A stretch of 61,199 nt of DNA, the filler included. It is 4 parts of 4 records of this genome, joined end to end, with 100 filler letters (N's around TTAATTAATTAA, not from the genome) between each part and the next. Parts side by side here need not be neighbours in the genome. Positions count along the whole stretch, not along the records: positions 1 to 28,968 come from SRR20825006_2753; positions 29,069 to 46,362 come from SRR20825006_2760; 2 more parts are not named here. One strand, 5' to 3'. Shown here one piece after another: positions 27,237 to 37,312 of this stretch. Position 1 is the stretch's first letter, and the number at the start of each line of letters is the position of its first letter. The position numbers and the translations under genes were made by a program. The notes beneath the pieces are model-generated. The model ran no database searches and was not told the DNA's origin. It worked only from the letters and a program-made list of their open reading frames with translations.

Positions 27237-27743
27237 TCAGAGCAATGAGCCCGCCGGGTGGGGTTTCTGTTCGTAGAGCAAGATTGAAATCACCTTATCA
27301 ACTGTCGCCCCGTCGCTGGAAAGGGGCAGGTGCAGGCGTTCGACCGGAGCATAATCAAGAGCGAACTGAATACTCGCTCTGCCTATTCTGTGGATAGGCA
27401 GAGCCGTTTCCACGACATGAACCCGGTCCAGGTGAGGGAGGCTCTGTTCGAAATCCGGAAAGGCTTCGTCGAGATAGCACCCCTTGAGTTCGCGCTGCAT
27501 GGCACGCGTAACATCCGTGCCCTGAAGTCTGACCATGAAGCGGATGGGGGCGGGCGTTACATCGACAAGCACCAGATGCGGCAAGAGGCTTGGAATATCG
27601 ATCGGGTCGAAATCGGCGCGCGACGGCAACCGGTCTCCGGGATGTATCGAGATCCAGTATTCGGCGAATTCCCTGATTTTGGGATTTTGGATCGTCGGGC
27701 AGATACTCTTCAGTTTTGCTAGGCTTTGGGCTGCATGATCCAT
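27237..27743 (-). CDS. Stand-alone PAS_5-domain protein
   Basis: YW....LPSR.DFDP.DIP.LLP...LVDV, RL.GT and ERL.LPLS.DG..VD motifs. Confidence 0.8.
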   Translation of the reverse strand: MDHAAQSLAKLKSICPTIQNPKIREFAEYWISIHPGDRLPSRADFDPIDIPSLLPHLVLVDVTPAPIRFMVRLQGTDVTRAMQRELKGCYLDEAFPDFEQSLPHLDRVHVVETALPIHRIGRASIQFALDYAPVERLHLPLSSDGATVDKVISILLYEQKPHPAGSLL

Positions 27744-27892
27744 TGATATTCTTGATGGTCCTAAGGTGAAGCGCAACGCCCAGTCTATACGAGAGAGTTG
27801 GCCGCAATGAAGTCCGCAGAAGTCACAAAATCATAAAGGGTTAGGCACGCTGCTCGCGATCAGGCAGTGTGATTGGATCAACTGAGACAAGC

Positions 27893-28968
27893 ATGGCTGT
27901 GGCAATGAGAAAGACTTGGGCGCACGAGATTATCATCGGACTCTTCGAACAGATGCGCTGGTCCTATCTGCCGCCCCTGATGGTCTATCTTGCCTACGGC
28001 ATCTCCGGGCTGACATCGATTGTCGGCACCTTCTTCGTGAAAGAATATCTGGACCTGTCTGCCGAATTCCTGGCTGCGCTTGGATTTTGGGCGGGCATCC
28101 CCTGGGCATTGAAAATGCCTGTGGGGCATCTGATCGATATCATCTGGAAGTGGAAAGCGGTCCTCGTCTATCTCGGCGCGCTGCTGGTCTCTGCAAGCCT
28201 TCTGATCATGTACGGGCTTATCGCGCACACGGACGCCATGACGGCGATGATGCCGGCTGCGGCCTGGTTCGTTCTGAGCGCTCTGCTTTCGCCGACGGGC
28301 TACATCCTGCAGGACGCGGTCGCCGATGCCATGACCGTCGAAGCAGTACCGGTCCTTGATGAAAATGGCGAGCCGTTCGCGGAAGACGACGTCAAGGCCA
28401 TGCACACCACCATGCAGATGCTTGGCCGTTTTGCGCTGATCGGCGGGATCGCGCTTGTGGCTGTCGTCAATATCACGATGTTCAACGGCGTGGCGGATAT
28501 GAGCGAGGCGGAGAAAGTCGGCATCTATGCCGATATCTATCTGCTCGCGCTTGCCGTTCCGCTGGTGTCCGTTGTCGGTGTCATTCTGGGCGGGATCATG
28601 CTGCGTCACCGGGCGCGCAAGCTGCGCGCGACCGGTCTGCCGCCCGCCGAAGTCGACGCAATGCTGTTCCGGCCGGACGGGGAGGCACACCCGAACTGGT
28701 GGATTCTCGGCGGCAGTCTGGTGTTCGCCGCCTTCACGATCAGCGTCGGTCTGAGCGGTTTCGGCTATTCGGAAGAGGTTGTCTTTGCCGGATCGATGGC
28801 AATTGTCTGCTTCCTGATTTCCCGCCTGTTACCTGAGCTGGAGCCGGCCCAGAGGCTCGCGCTTATCGGGACCTCGATTATCGTCTTCGTGTTCCGGGCG
28901 ATACCTTCTCCGGGTGCCGGGTCGGCCTGGTTCAACATCGACGAGCTTGGCTTCGACCAGCAGTTTTT
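27893..28968 (+). CDS. BT1-family (folate/biopterin-like) MFS transporter, 3' truncated by gap
   Basis: YLPPLMVY.AYG, PWALKMP.GH..D and QD.VADAMTVE motifs, multi-TM. Confidence 0.75.
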
Positions 28969-29068
28969 NNNNNNNNNNNNNNNNNNNNNNNNNNNNNNNN
29001 NNNNNNNNNNNNTTAATTAATTAANNNNNNNNNNNNNNNNNNNNNNNNNNNNNNNNNNNNNNNNNNNN
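28969..29068. other. Artificial contig spacer
   Basis: 44 N + TTAATTAATTAA (stops in all frames) + 44 N. Genes on both sides are truncated. Confidence 0.98.
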
Positions 29069-29069
29069 A

Positions 29070-29843
29070 GCGATGGTGTTTCAAAGCTATGCGCTGTACC
29101 CGCATATGTCGGTGCGCAAAAACATCGCCTTTCCGATGCGCATGGCCGGGATGCCGAAAGACGAACAAGACCGCCGGATCGAAGCGGCGGCCAAGGCGCT
29201 CAACCTCACCGATTATCTCGACCGTCGTCCGGGGCAATTGTCCGGGGGGCAACGTCAACGGGTCGCCATTGGCCGCGCCATTGTGCGCGAACCGGATGCG
29301 TTTTTGTTTGACGAACCGCTGTCCAACTTGGACGCAGCACTTCGGGTCGGGATGCGGTTGGAAATTTCTGAACTGCACAAACGCCTGACCACAACCATGG
29401 TCTACGTCACCCATGACCAAGTTGAAGCCATGACCATGGCCGATAAAATTGTCGTGTTGCAAGCGGGGCGGATCGAACAGGTCGGCTCGCCGATGGAGCT
29501 GTACCGCAGCCCGCGCAACGTCTTTGTCGCGGGCTTTATCGGCTCGCCCAAGATGAACCTTTTGACGGGCCCCGAGGCAGACAAACACAGCGCCACCACC
29601 ATCGGCATCCGACCGGAACATATCGCGATTTCATCGGATGCGGGGGCATGGAAAGGCACGGTTGGCGTGTCGGAACATTTGGGGTCGGATACGTTTTTCC
29701 ACGTCACGGTTGAGGGGTTCCATGATCCGCTGACTGTGCGGGCTTCGGGCGAGGTGGCGCTCTATTATGGCGATACGATCTATCTGACGCCCGACCTCGC
29801 GCACCTGCATCGGTTTGACGCACAGGGGCTTCGCATCGCATGA
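29070..29843 (+). CDS. smoK: Polyol ABC transporter ATP-binding subunit (5' truncated)
   Basis: [26 protein letters not shown] and FDEPLSNLD motifs, followed by polyol dehydrogenases. Confidence 0.85.
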   Translation, partial: AMVFQSYALYPHMSVRKNIAFPMRMAGMPKDEQDRRIEAAAKALNLTDYLDRRPGQLSGGQRQRVAIGRAIVREPDAFLFDEPLSNLDAALRVGMRLEISELHKRLTTTMVYVTHDQVEAMTMADKIVVLQAGRIEQVGSPMELYRSPRNVFVAGFIGSPKMNLLTGPEADKHSATTIGIRPEHIAISSDAGAWKGTVGVSEHLGSDTFFHVTVEGFHDPLTVRASGEVALYYGDTIYLTPDLAHLHRFDAQGLRIA

Positions 29844-30613
29844 ACAGGCTTTCAGGAAAGACCGCGCTGATCACGGGTGCGGCGCGCGGCATCGGCTATG
29901 AATTCGCCAAGGCCTATCTGGCGGAGGGTGCGCGGGTCGCCATCGCTGACATCAACATCGCCCGCGCGCGTGAGGCCACCGCAGAGTTGGGGCAGGGGGC
30001 CGTGGCGGTTGAAATGGATGTGGCCTCGCAAGATAGCATTGACGCGGCGGTCGTGCAGGCGGCTGAGGCGTTGGGCGGGATCGATATCCTGATCAACAAC
30101 GCCGCGTTGTTTTCGGCTGCACCTTTGGTCGAGATCACCCGCGACGATTTTCACCGCCTGTTTGACATCAATGTTGGCGGGACGTTGTTCACGATGCAGG
30201 CGGTCGCCAAACATATGATCGCGCGCGGTAAAGGCGGCAAGATCATCAACATGGCGTCGCAAGCCGGACGGCGCGGCGAGGCGCTTGTCGCCACCTATTG
30301 CGCCACCAAAGCGGCGGTGATTTCGCTGACCCAATCGGCGGGGCTGAACCTGATTTCCCATGGCATCAATGTCAACGCGATCGCCCCCGGCGTGGTCGAT
30401 GGCGAGCATTGGGACGGGGTTGATGCGTTCTTTGCGAAATATGAGGGCAAGCCTTTGGGTCAAAAGAAAAAAGAGGTCGGTGATGCAGTGCCTTATGGCC
30501 GCATGGGCCGGGCCTCTGATTTGACCGGAATGGCGATTTTCCTCGCCACGCATGAGGCCGATTACATTGTCGCCCAGACGTATAACGTCGATGGCGGCCA
30601 GTGGATGAGCTGA
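29840..30613 (+). CDS. smoS: Sorbitol (L-iditol) dehydrogenase, SDR
   Basis: [32 protein letters not shown] and YNVDGG motifs. ATGA overlap with smoK. Confidence 0.92.
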   Translation: MNRLSGKTALITGAARGIGYEFAKAYLAEGARVAIADINIARAREATAELGQGAVAVEMDVASQDSIDAAVVQAAEALGGIDILINNAALFSAAPLVEITRDDFHRLFDINVGGTLFTMQAVAKHMIARGKGGKIINMASQAGRRGEALVATYCATKAAVISLTQSAGLNLISHGINVNAIAPGVVDGEHWDGVDAFFAKYEGKPLGQKKKEVGDAVPYGRMGRASDLTGMAIFLATHEADYIVAQTYNVDGGQWMS

Positions 30614-30620
30614 GGTTCAG

Positions 30621-32090
30621 ATGAAGACACTTTCAAACGCAACGCTCGCCTCTTTGCCAGATGCAATCACGGTTCCGACCTATGATCGCGCGCGCCTTTC
30701 GGCCGGTATCGTTCACATCGGTCTGGGCAATTTTCACCGCGCGCATCAATCGTGGTATCTGCATCGTTTGATGCAACAGGGATTGGCGCATTCTTGGGCC
30801 ATCGTCGGCGCGGGCGTGCGGCCCTATGACGAAGACATGCGGCGTAAATTGGCGGCGCAGGATTACCTGACCACTCTGATCGAACTGGACCCGAACGGAT
30901 CGTCGGCGGAGGTGGTTGGCGCGATGATCGACTATGTGCCAATTGAAGAGGGCAACGGGGCCTTAATCGAACGCATGGCGCAGCCAGACATTCGCATCGT
31001 CGCCCTGACGGTCACAGAGGGCGGGTATTTCATCGACCCGGCAACCAAAGGCTTTGACGCCAGCCATCCCGACATCGTCCATGACGCCGCCCAACCGCGG
31101 CAGCCGCGCACGGCCTTTGGGGCGATGGTCGCCGCTTTGAAACGGCGCCGGGATCGTGGGATTGGCCCTTTTACCGGGCAATCCTGTGACAATTTGCAGG
31201 GCAATGGTCATGTGCTGCGGCAAACGGTGGTCTCATTGGCGCGCCTGTCTGACCCGGAACTCGCGGACTGGATCAATACGCACTGCACCTTTCCGAATGC
31301 CATGGTTGATTGCATCGTGCCCGCGACCGGACCAAAGGAGATCGCACTGGCGCAGGGGTTTGGCGTCGATGATGCCGTGCCGGTCAGCCACGAAAACTTT
31401 CGCCAATGGGTGATCGAAGATGCGTTTTGCGCCGGACGCCCGGATTGGGACCGCGCGGGTGCGACGTTTTCCGAGGATGTTCACGCCTATGAGACGATGA
31501 AAATCCGCATTCTCAATGGCGGTCATCAGGTGATTTCTGACCCCGGAGAGTTGCTGTCTGTCGAGACGATTTCCGGCTGTATGGCCCATCCGCTGATCTC
31601 CGCGCTGTTTGAAAAAGTCGAGCGAGAGGAGATCATGCCGCATGTCCATGCGGTGCCGGAATTCACGCCAGAAGCCTATGTCGATCTGATCAAAGCGCGG
31701 TTTTCCAACCCGAAAATCATCGACACAACCCGGCGCGTGGCCTTTGACGGCTCCTCGCGGCATCCGGGCTTTATTGTGCCTTCGATCCGCGATGGTTTGG
31801 CCAAAGGCACCCCGGTCACTGGCCTTGCCCTCGTCTCCGCACTCTGGGCGCGCTATTGCCTTGGCACCCGCGAAGACGGGTCGGAGATTGCGCCGAACGA
31901 TCCGTTTTGGGCCGATCTCACCGCGATGGCAGCCAAGGCAAAATCTGACCCGACGGCTTGGCTGTCGATGCGCCATATTTATGGCGATCTGAGCCAAGAG
32001 CCTCGGTTCGCAGACGCTTTCACCCACTGGCTGACACTGATTTATAGCGAGGGTACAGAGGCCGCTTTGGCCGCTTATCTCGCAGACTGA
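30621..32090 (+). CDS. mtlK: Mannitol 2-dehydrogenase
   Basis: GIVHIGLGNFHRAHQ, LTVTEGGY, SCDN, FPNAMVD.IVP and MKIRILNG.H motifs. Confidence 0.9.
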   Translation: MKTLSNATLASLPDAITVPTYDRARLSAGIVHIGLGNFHRAHQSWYLHRLMQQGLAHSWAIVGAGVRPYDEDMRRKLAAQDYLTTLIELDPNGSSAEVVGAMIDYVPIEEGNGALIERMAQPDIRIVALTVTEGGYFIDPATKGFDASHPDIVHDAAQPRQPRTAFGAMVAALKRRRDRGIGPFTGQSCDNLQGNGHVLRQTVVSLARLSDPELADWINTHCTFPNAMVDCIVPATGPKEIALAQGFGVDDAVPVSHENFRQWVIEDAFCAGRPDWDRAGATFSEDVHAYETMKIRILNGGHQVISDPGELLSVETISGCMAHPLISALFEKVEREEIMPHVHAVPEFTPEAYVDLIKARFSNPKIIDTTRRVAFDGSSRHPGFIVPSIRDGLAKGTPVTGLALVSALWARYCLGTREDGSEIAPNDPFWADLTAMAAKAKSDPTAWLSMRHIYGDLSQEPRFADAFTHWLTLIYSEGTEAALAAYLAD

Positions 32091-32881
32091 CCGCGCAACA
32101 CGCGGACCAGATTTGCCAATGTAAACAACAGGGCCGCCACGCAAACGATGGTTGGCCCTGTTGGCGTATCAAAGGCAAAAGCGCCCTCTATTCCGCCAAA
32201 AATGGCGATACCGCCGATCACCATGGCAATCACCGCCATGCGTTCGGGCGTGCGTGCGAAAGGGCGGGCGGCGGCGGCGGGGATCAACAACATGGCGGCG
32301 ATCAACAGGGTGCCAACGACCTTGATCGCGACCGCAACCACAAGGGCGAGTGCCAGTGACAGGATCAATTGTTCGCGTTTGGGCGAGACGCCAGAGGCCA
32401 TCGCCAAATCCGGGTTCAGCGTTGCGGTTAAAAGTGCCGACCAGCGCCAATACAAAAGCCCACTGACCAAAGCGGCCCCGACCCAGATCACCGCCAAATC
32501 GCTTCGCCCCACGGCCAAAATATCGCCGAACAGATAGGCCATCAAATCGACCCGCACACCATGGACAAAGGACACGGCAACAAGGCCAAAGGCCAGGGAA
32601 CTATGCGCCATCACGCCCAAGAGCGTGTCCATGGCAAAGCCGCGGCCATTCAGGCTTGAGACCGCCAGGGCCATGATCAAAGCCACAACCAAAACACCGG
32701 CGAAAATCGACACGTTGAACGCCAGCGCCAAGGCAACGCCGAGAATTGCGGCGTGGGCGGTGGCGTCGCCAAAATAGGCCATCCGCCGCCAGACCACGAA
32801 ACAGCCCAAAGGGGCCGCCGCGATCACAAGGCCGAGGCCCGCAAGGATGGCGCGCACCATAAAATCATCAAGCAGGCTCAT
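32075..32881 (-). CDS. znuB: Zinc ABC transporter permease
   Basis: GCFVVWRRMAYFGDA..H, YLFGDIL and PAAAAR motifs. Confidence 0.94.
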   Translation of the reverse strand: MSLLDDFMVRAILAGLGLVIAAAPLGCFVVWRRMAYFGDATAHAAILGVALALAFNVSIFAGVLVVALIMALAVSSLNGRGFAMDTLLGVMAHSSLAFGLVAVSFVHGVRVDLMAYLFGDILAVGRSDLAVIWVGAALVSGLLYWRWSALLTATLNPDLAMASGVSPKREQLILSLALALVVAVAIKVVGTLLIAAMLLIPAAAARPFARTPERMAVIAMVIGGIAIFGGIEGAFAFDTPTGPTIVCVAALLFTLANLVRVLRGQSAR

Positions 32882-33648
32882 GCGCTTTGCTCCTCATCTG
32901 TGTGTGCGCCGATCTGAGGGGCGTGATCATGATCATGATCGCAATGCTCATGACTGTGTTCGTGGCGATAGAGCGCCAGCGCGCCATGGGTTCCGTTGCC
33001 AAAGAGCGCGCGGTATTCTGGGGCGGAAGCCACATGTTCGGGGGTGCCGTGGCAACAGACGTGGCCATTGAGGCAAATCACCCGATCCGAGGCCGCCATG
33101 ACGACATGTAACTCGTGGCTGACCATCAAGATGGCACAGCCCTTGTCGCGGCGCACCGCTTCGATCTGGGTGTAGAAATCTGCCGATCCGGGTTGATCCA
33201 GTCCCTGCGTGGCCTCATCCAAGATCAGTAGATCTGGATTTGAGAGAAGCGCGCGGGCCAGCATAACGCGCTGAAATTGCCCGCCGGAGAGGTCCGTCAT
33301 TTGGTGATGACACAGATGCCCCGCGCCTGCATCGTGAAGCGCTGCGTGGGCGTCATCATCGCTGACGCGTTTGGGCAGCGACAAAAACCGCCGCACGGTG
33401 AGGGGCAAGGTGGGATCAATATGCAGCTTTTGCGGCACATAGCCGATTTTCAGCCCTTTTTGGCGCAAAACCATGCCGTCGGAGGGCTTTATCGCGCCAA
33501 TGATGGTGCGCAAGAGCGTGGATTTACCCGACCCATTCGGCCCAACGATGGTGACAATCTCACCGGGTTCCAACGCCAGCGACACGTCTTCCAACACTGT
33601 CCGCCCGCCAAGGCGCACATTGACGTTCGCAAGGGTGATCAGGCTCAT
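32878..33648 (-). CDS. znuC: Zinc ABC transporter ATPase
   Basis: GPNGSGKS, LSGGQFQRV, VICLNGHVCC.G.PE and a His-rich tail. Confidence 0.94.
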   Translation of the reverse strand: MSLITLANVNVRLGGRTVLEDVSLALEPGEIVTIVGPNGSGKSTLLRTIIGAIKPSDGMVLRQKGLKIGYVPQKLHIDPTLPLTVRRFLSLPKRVSDDDAHAALHDAGAGHLCHHQMTDLSGGQFQRVMLARALLSNPDLLILDEATQGLDQPGSADFYTQIEAVRRDKGCAILMVSHELHVVMAASDRVICLNGHVCCHGTPEHVASAPEYRALFGNGTHGALALYRHEHSHEHCDHDHDHAPQIGAHTDEEQSA

Positions 33649-34133
33649 TTATCGGCCTTTTCACGACAGTTTGGACAGGTGCCTTCGGCCTCCAAAACGG
33701 CGCGCGCGATCGTGAAACCGGTGGTTTCTGCGATCTGGCTGAGCAGACTGTGGGACGGATCGGTTTCCGCCTCGGCTACGGCGTGACAGGTCGTGCAGAT
33801 CAAAAAGGCAGGCGTGTGCAATTCGTTGGGGTGGGCGCAGGCGATAAAGGCATTCAGGCGCTCGATTTTATGTGCCAAGCCATGTTTGGTCAAAAAATCC
33901 AACGCCCTGTAGGCCACCGGAGGTTGCGCGCCAAAGCCCTCTTCGGAGAGCCGTGCCAACACGTCATAGGCACCAAGCGCGCGATGTTCTTCGAGCAAGA
34001 TACCAAGCGCGCGTTTGCGCACAGGCGTCAGTTGCAATCCGGCGTCACGACACATCCGGTCGGCGGCGGTGATGGCATCGCTGATGCAATGGCTGTGATC
34101 GTGTTTGGCAAATCCAACGGTGTTCAGGTCCAT
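33645..34133 (-). CDS. zur: Zinc uptake regulator (Fur family)
   Basis: HDHSHC, PP.AYRALDFL, FLICTTC and CPNC motifs. Confidence 0.93.
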   Translation of the reverse strand: MDLNTVGFAKHDHSHCISDAITAADRMCRDAGLQLTPVRKRALGILLEEHRALGAYDVLARLSEEGFGAQPPVAYRALDFLTKHGLAHKIERLNAFIACAHPNELHTPAFLICTTCHAVAEAETDPSHSLLSQIAETTGFTIARAVLEAEGTCPNCREKADK

Positions 34134-34173
34134 GGCGCGGTCTTTTCTAAGAATCTGGCTGTGAGGGCTTGAT

Positions 34174-34217
34174 ATGTTATAGCATGCTCTTTATCAAGGC
34201 GCTTGATGTAATAACAT
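34174..34217. promoter_or_regulatory. Two Zur boxes in the zur/znuA divergent promoter
   Basis: ATGTTATAGCAT (34174-34185) and ATGTAATAACAT (34206-34217), each one mismatch from the palindrome ATGTTATAACAT. Confidence 0.75.
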
Positions 34218-34233
34218 AACATTTGAGGCTGTC

Positions 34234-35265
34234 ATGACCCTTCGCCCCTCCCTTTTTGCTTTGGCGCTTTGCTCCACCGCTGCCGTGATCACCGCCGCCG
34301 CGCAGGCCGAGGTTCCCAATGTTGTCACTGACATCGCCCCGATCCAGTCGCTTGCAGCGCTGGTCATGGGCGATCTCGGTGCGCCCGTCGCGTTGATGCG
34401 CCAAGGGGCTTCGCCGCATGATTACGCCCTGCGCCCTTCTGATGCAGAGGCGTTGCAATCTGCCGATCTGGTGCTTTGGACCGGGCCGGAGCTAGCGCCC
34501 TGGCTGGCAGAAATGGTCGGAAAGGTTGCACCGGAAGCCGTGTCTGTTCCGTTGGCGGAACTTGACGGGGCTGTTGAGCTGCCGTTCCGCGAGGGGGCGA
34601 CGTTTGAAAAGCATGTGCATGGGGAAGAGGGGCATGATGATCATGCGGATGACGATGACCACGATGCACATGATGACCACTCAGACGATGACCATGCGCA
34701 TGATGATCACGCAGGCGACGATCATGCAGATCATGACCACGCGGGCGAAAGCCATGATCCGCACAGCTGGTTGGACCCGATGAATGGTCGAATTTGGTTG
34801 GGCGAGATCGCCACGCAACTGGCGGCGCTCGACCCGGACAATGCCGAGACCTATCGCGCCAATGCCACCACGGCTCAGGCGCAGTTGGACGAGATGATCC
34901 AAACCATCTCAACCGAGATGGCGCCTTTGCAGGACATGAAGTTCATCGTTTTCCATGATGCCTACCAGTATTTCGAAAACCGATTTGGTCTCTCTGCCGC
35001 TGGGGCGATTTCTTTGAGCGATGCCTCGGCACCAAGCCCCGCGCGCATCCGCGAGATTCAGGACGAGATCAAAGCGCAAAACGTCACCTGCGTGTTTTCT
35101 GAGCCGCAATTTAGCGCCGCTTTGGTCGAAACCGTATTGGATGGCACTTCGGCCAAATCCGCCGTGATCGACCCGCTTGGCGTCGCAATCACCCCCGGTG
35201 CGGAGTTTTACGGCGATTTGATCAAAGGGGTTGCGGCGGCTTTTGCCAGCTGCGCCGCAGAATAG
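34234..35265 (+). CDS. znuA: Zinc ABC transporter substrate-binding protein with His/Asp-rich loop
   Basis: Signal peptide, SPHDY.LRPS, DPHSWLDP, VFHDAYQYFE and CVFSEPQF motifs. Confidence 0.94.
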   Translation: MTLRPSLFALALCSTAAVITAAAQAEVPNVVTDIAPIQSLAALVMGDLGAPVALMRQGASPHDYALRPSDAEALQSADLVLWTGPELAPWLAEMVGKVAPEAVSVPLAELDGAVELPFREGATFEKHVHGEEGHDDHADDDDHDAHDDHSDDDHAHDDHAGDDHADHDHAGESHDPHSWLDPMNGRIWLGEIATQLAALDPDNAETYRANATTAQAQLDEMIQTISTEMAPLQDMKFIVFHDAYQYFENRFGLSAAGAISLSDASAPSPARIREIQDEIKAQNVTCVFSEPQFSAALVETVLDGTSAKSAVIDPLGVAITPGAEFYGDLIKGVAAAFASCAAE

Positions 35266-35266
35266 T

Positions 35267-35304
35267 AAAAAAAGGGCGCGGCGCATGGGGTCGCGCCCTT
35301 GTTT
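35267..35304. terminator. Intrinsic terminator-like hairpin after znuA
   Basis: AAGGGCGCGGC/GTCGCGCCCTT stem flanked by an A run and TTGTTT. Confidence 0.6.
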
Positions 35305-35334
35305 GACCGGCCTTGGGGATTTACATCCCAAGGC

Positions 35335-36129
35335 ATGAAAACACACATCCCCTTTCTCAACACCCCTCCACGGGTCAATGTTTTGCGCCTCAATGGCGCA
35401 ATCATGACCCGTCAGGGCGGATTGAATGACCAAAGCCTCGCCTCCTCCATTGAACGCGCCTTTCGCAAAGGCAAACCTGTGGCTGTGGCGCTGTCGATCA
35501 ACTCGCCCGGTGGCTCGCCGGTGCAATCTTCCTTGATTGCCGCGCGGATCACGCGGTTGGCAAAGGAAAAGGAGCTGCCCGTTTATGCCTTCGTCGAAGA
35601 CGTGGCGGCTTCGGGTGGCTATTGGTTGGCCTGTGCGGCCGATAAGATTTTCGTTGATTCAAGTTCGATCGTCGGCTCCATCGGCGTGATTTCGTCGGGA
35701 TTTGGGTTTGATCAATTCATCGCCAAACATGGGGTCGAGCGGCGGGTCCATACCTCTGGGCGCTCGAAATCCATGCTGGACCCGTTTCGCCCGGAAAATC
35801 CCGAAGATGTGGTGCGGCTCAAAGCCTTGCAAGAAGAGATTCACCAAGCTTTTATCGCCCATGTCAGCGCCGCGCGCTCTGAGCGACTGAGCAAAGAGGT
35901 CGAGCTGTTTGATGGCTCCTTCTGGACTGGCAAAACAGGTGTGGATTTGGGGCTGGCCGATGGGATCGGCCATTTGGTCCCGACGCTCAAAGACATCTAC
36001 GGCGATAAACTGCGCCTGTCGGTTTTTGGCCCAAAACGTCCGCTGTTGCGCCGGTTTGGGGCCGAATTGTCGGCGGGACTTGTTGCTTCGGTCGAAGAAC
36101 AGGCGCTTTGGTCACGGTTCGGGCTCTGA
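35335..36129 (+). CDS. S49-family peptidase (SppA/SohB-like)
   Basis: INSPGGSPVQS, AASGGYWLA and GSIGV motifs. Confidence 0.9.
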   Translation: MKTHIPFLNTPPRVNVLRLNGAIMTRQGGLNDQSLASSIERAFRKGKPVAVALSINSPGGSPVQSSLIAARITRLAKEKELPVYAFVEDVAASGGYWLACAADKIFVDSSSIVGSIGVISSGFGFDQFIAKHGVERRVHTSGRSKSMLDPFRPENPEDVVRLKALQEEIHQAFIAHVSAARSERLSKEVELFDGSFWTGKTGVDLGLADGIGHLVPTLKDIYGDKLRLSVFGPKRPLLRRFGAELSAGLVASVEEQALWSRFGL

Positions 36130-36130
36130 C

Positions 36131-36298
36131 ATGGTGTTTAAAATCATCACGGTCTTTTTGATCTTCATGATGGTTCTGGCCATTTTCGGACGCTTGCGTT
36201 TCCCCGGACAAGACAAGCTCAAAGATATGAAATGCCCGCGCTGTGGGCGCTATAAAATTGGCAAAGGCGCGTGCGCCTGTGGAAAAGGTGGACGCTGA
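36131..36298 (+). CDS. 55-aa membrane-anchored protein with CxxC...CxC
   Basis: MVFKIITVFLIFMMVLAIFG TM then CPRCG...CACG. Fills the gap exactly: 1 nt after the upstream stop, TGATG overlap downstream. Confidence 0.7.
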   Translation: MVFKIITVFLIFMMVLAIFGRLRFPGQDKLKDMKCPRCGRYKIGKGACACGKGGR

Positions 36299-37257
36299 TG
36301 GATTTTTTGATGGCCGTAGCCGGGCTGGTACTGTTGTTGGTGGCGGGCGACCTTTTGGTGCGCGGGGCGGTCAATTTGTCCTTGCGCCTCGGTGTTCCGG
36401 CGCTGATCGTGTCCCTGACCGTTGTGGCCTTTGGCACCTCCGCGCCTGAGTTGCTGGTTTCTGTATCCGCCATTGTCGATGGCGTACCCGGACTTGCGCT
36501 TGGCAACGTGATTGGGTCGAATACGGCCAATATCCTGTTGGTTTTGGGCATTCCGGCGATGATCACAACGCTGCATGTGATCGACAATTCCACTCGTGCG
36601 TCATACCTCCAAATGCTTGCTGCGACGGTGTTGTTCATCCTGCTCGCGCTGCGCGGCGAGTTTGATTGGATTGCCGGTGTGACCCTGTTGGCGGCACTGG
36701 CCGCCATGCTTGGCCATGCGGTCTATGAAGCGCGCTGTCACCGGGCTGCGGTCAAAGAGGCGGCGTCTTTGGCCTGTGAGCCCTCAGAGGTCGAAGGCGC
36801 TGACCCCGACATGCCATGGTGGAAAGTCATCACCTTTTTGATCCTTGGCTTGATCGGCCTGCCTATTGGTGCGCAGCTTTTGGTGGACGCTTCCACTAAT
36901 ATCGCCCGCGCCTATGGCGTGTCTGAGACGGTGATCGGGCTGACTTTGGTGGCGCTGGGGACCTCCTTGCCGGAGCTTGCGACCACTGTGATGGCGGCGC
37001 TGCGCAAACAGGCGGATGTGGCTTTTGGCAACGTCATCGGATCTAACATGTTCAACTTGTTGGGCATTATTGGCATATCGAGCCTTATTGGCAAAATCCC
37101 CGTCGATGTCGAAATTATGAAGTTTGACATTTGGGTGATGTTGTCCGTGTCGGTTCTGCTTGGGATTTTCGTGCTGCGCCGGATCGATATCACGCGGATC
37201 TGGGGTATTGTTCTTTCCGCCCTATATGTCCTCTACGTTTTGGCGGTGCTGAACTAA
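36298..37257 (+). CDS. Ca2+/Na+ antiporter (YrbG/CaCA family)
   Basis: Two alpha repeats, GTSAPE..GN.IGSN and GTSLPE..GN.IGSN. Confidence 0.92.
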   Translation: MDFLMAVAGLVLLLVAGDLLVRGAVNLSLRLGVPALIVSLTVVAFGTSAPELLVSVSAIVDGVPGLALGNVIGSNTANILLVLGIPAMITTLHVIDNSTRASYLQMLAATVLFILLALRGEFDWIAGVTLLAALAAMLGHAVYEARCHRAAVKEAASLACEPSEVEGADPDMPWWKVITFLILGLIGLPIGAQLLVDASTNIARAYGVSETVIGLTLVALGTSLPELATTVMAALRKQADVAFGNVIGSNMFNLLGIIGISSLIGKIPVDVEIMKFDIWVMLSVSVLLGIFVLRRIDITRIWGIVLSALYVLYVLAVLN

Positions 37258-37312
37258 CGCGTCTCGGGAAACGCCTGACACGAGAGGGCCGCACGCGACA
37301 GAGGAGAGGATC

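Noticed and set aside
29013-29024. TTAATTAATTAA as a biological repeat or CtrA site, and ORFs ending in X-runs or LIN
   Set aside because: Artificial linker, identical at all three junctions.
34612-34765. GATGAY/CAY-rich repetitive stretch
   Set aside because: It encodes the ordinary His/Asp-rich loop of ZnuA and is not a CRISPR or tandem DNA element.
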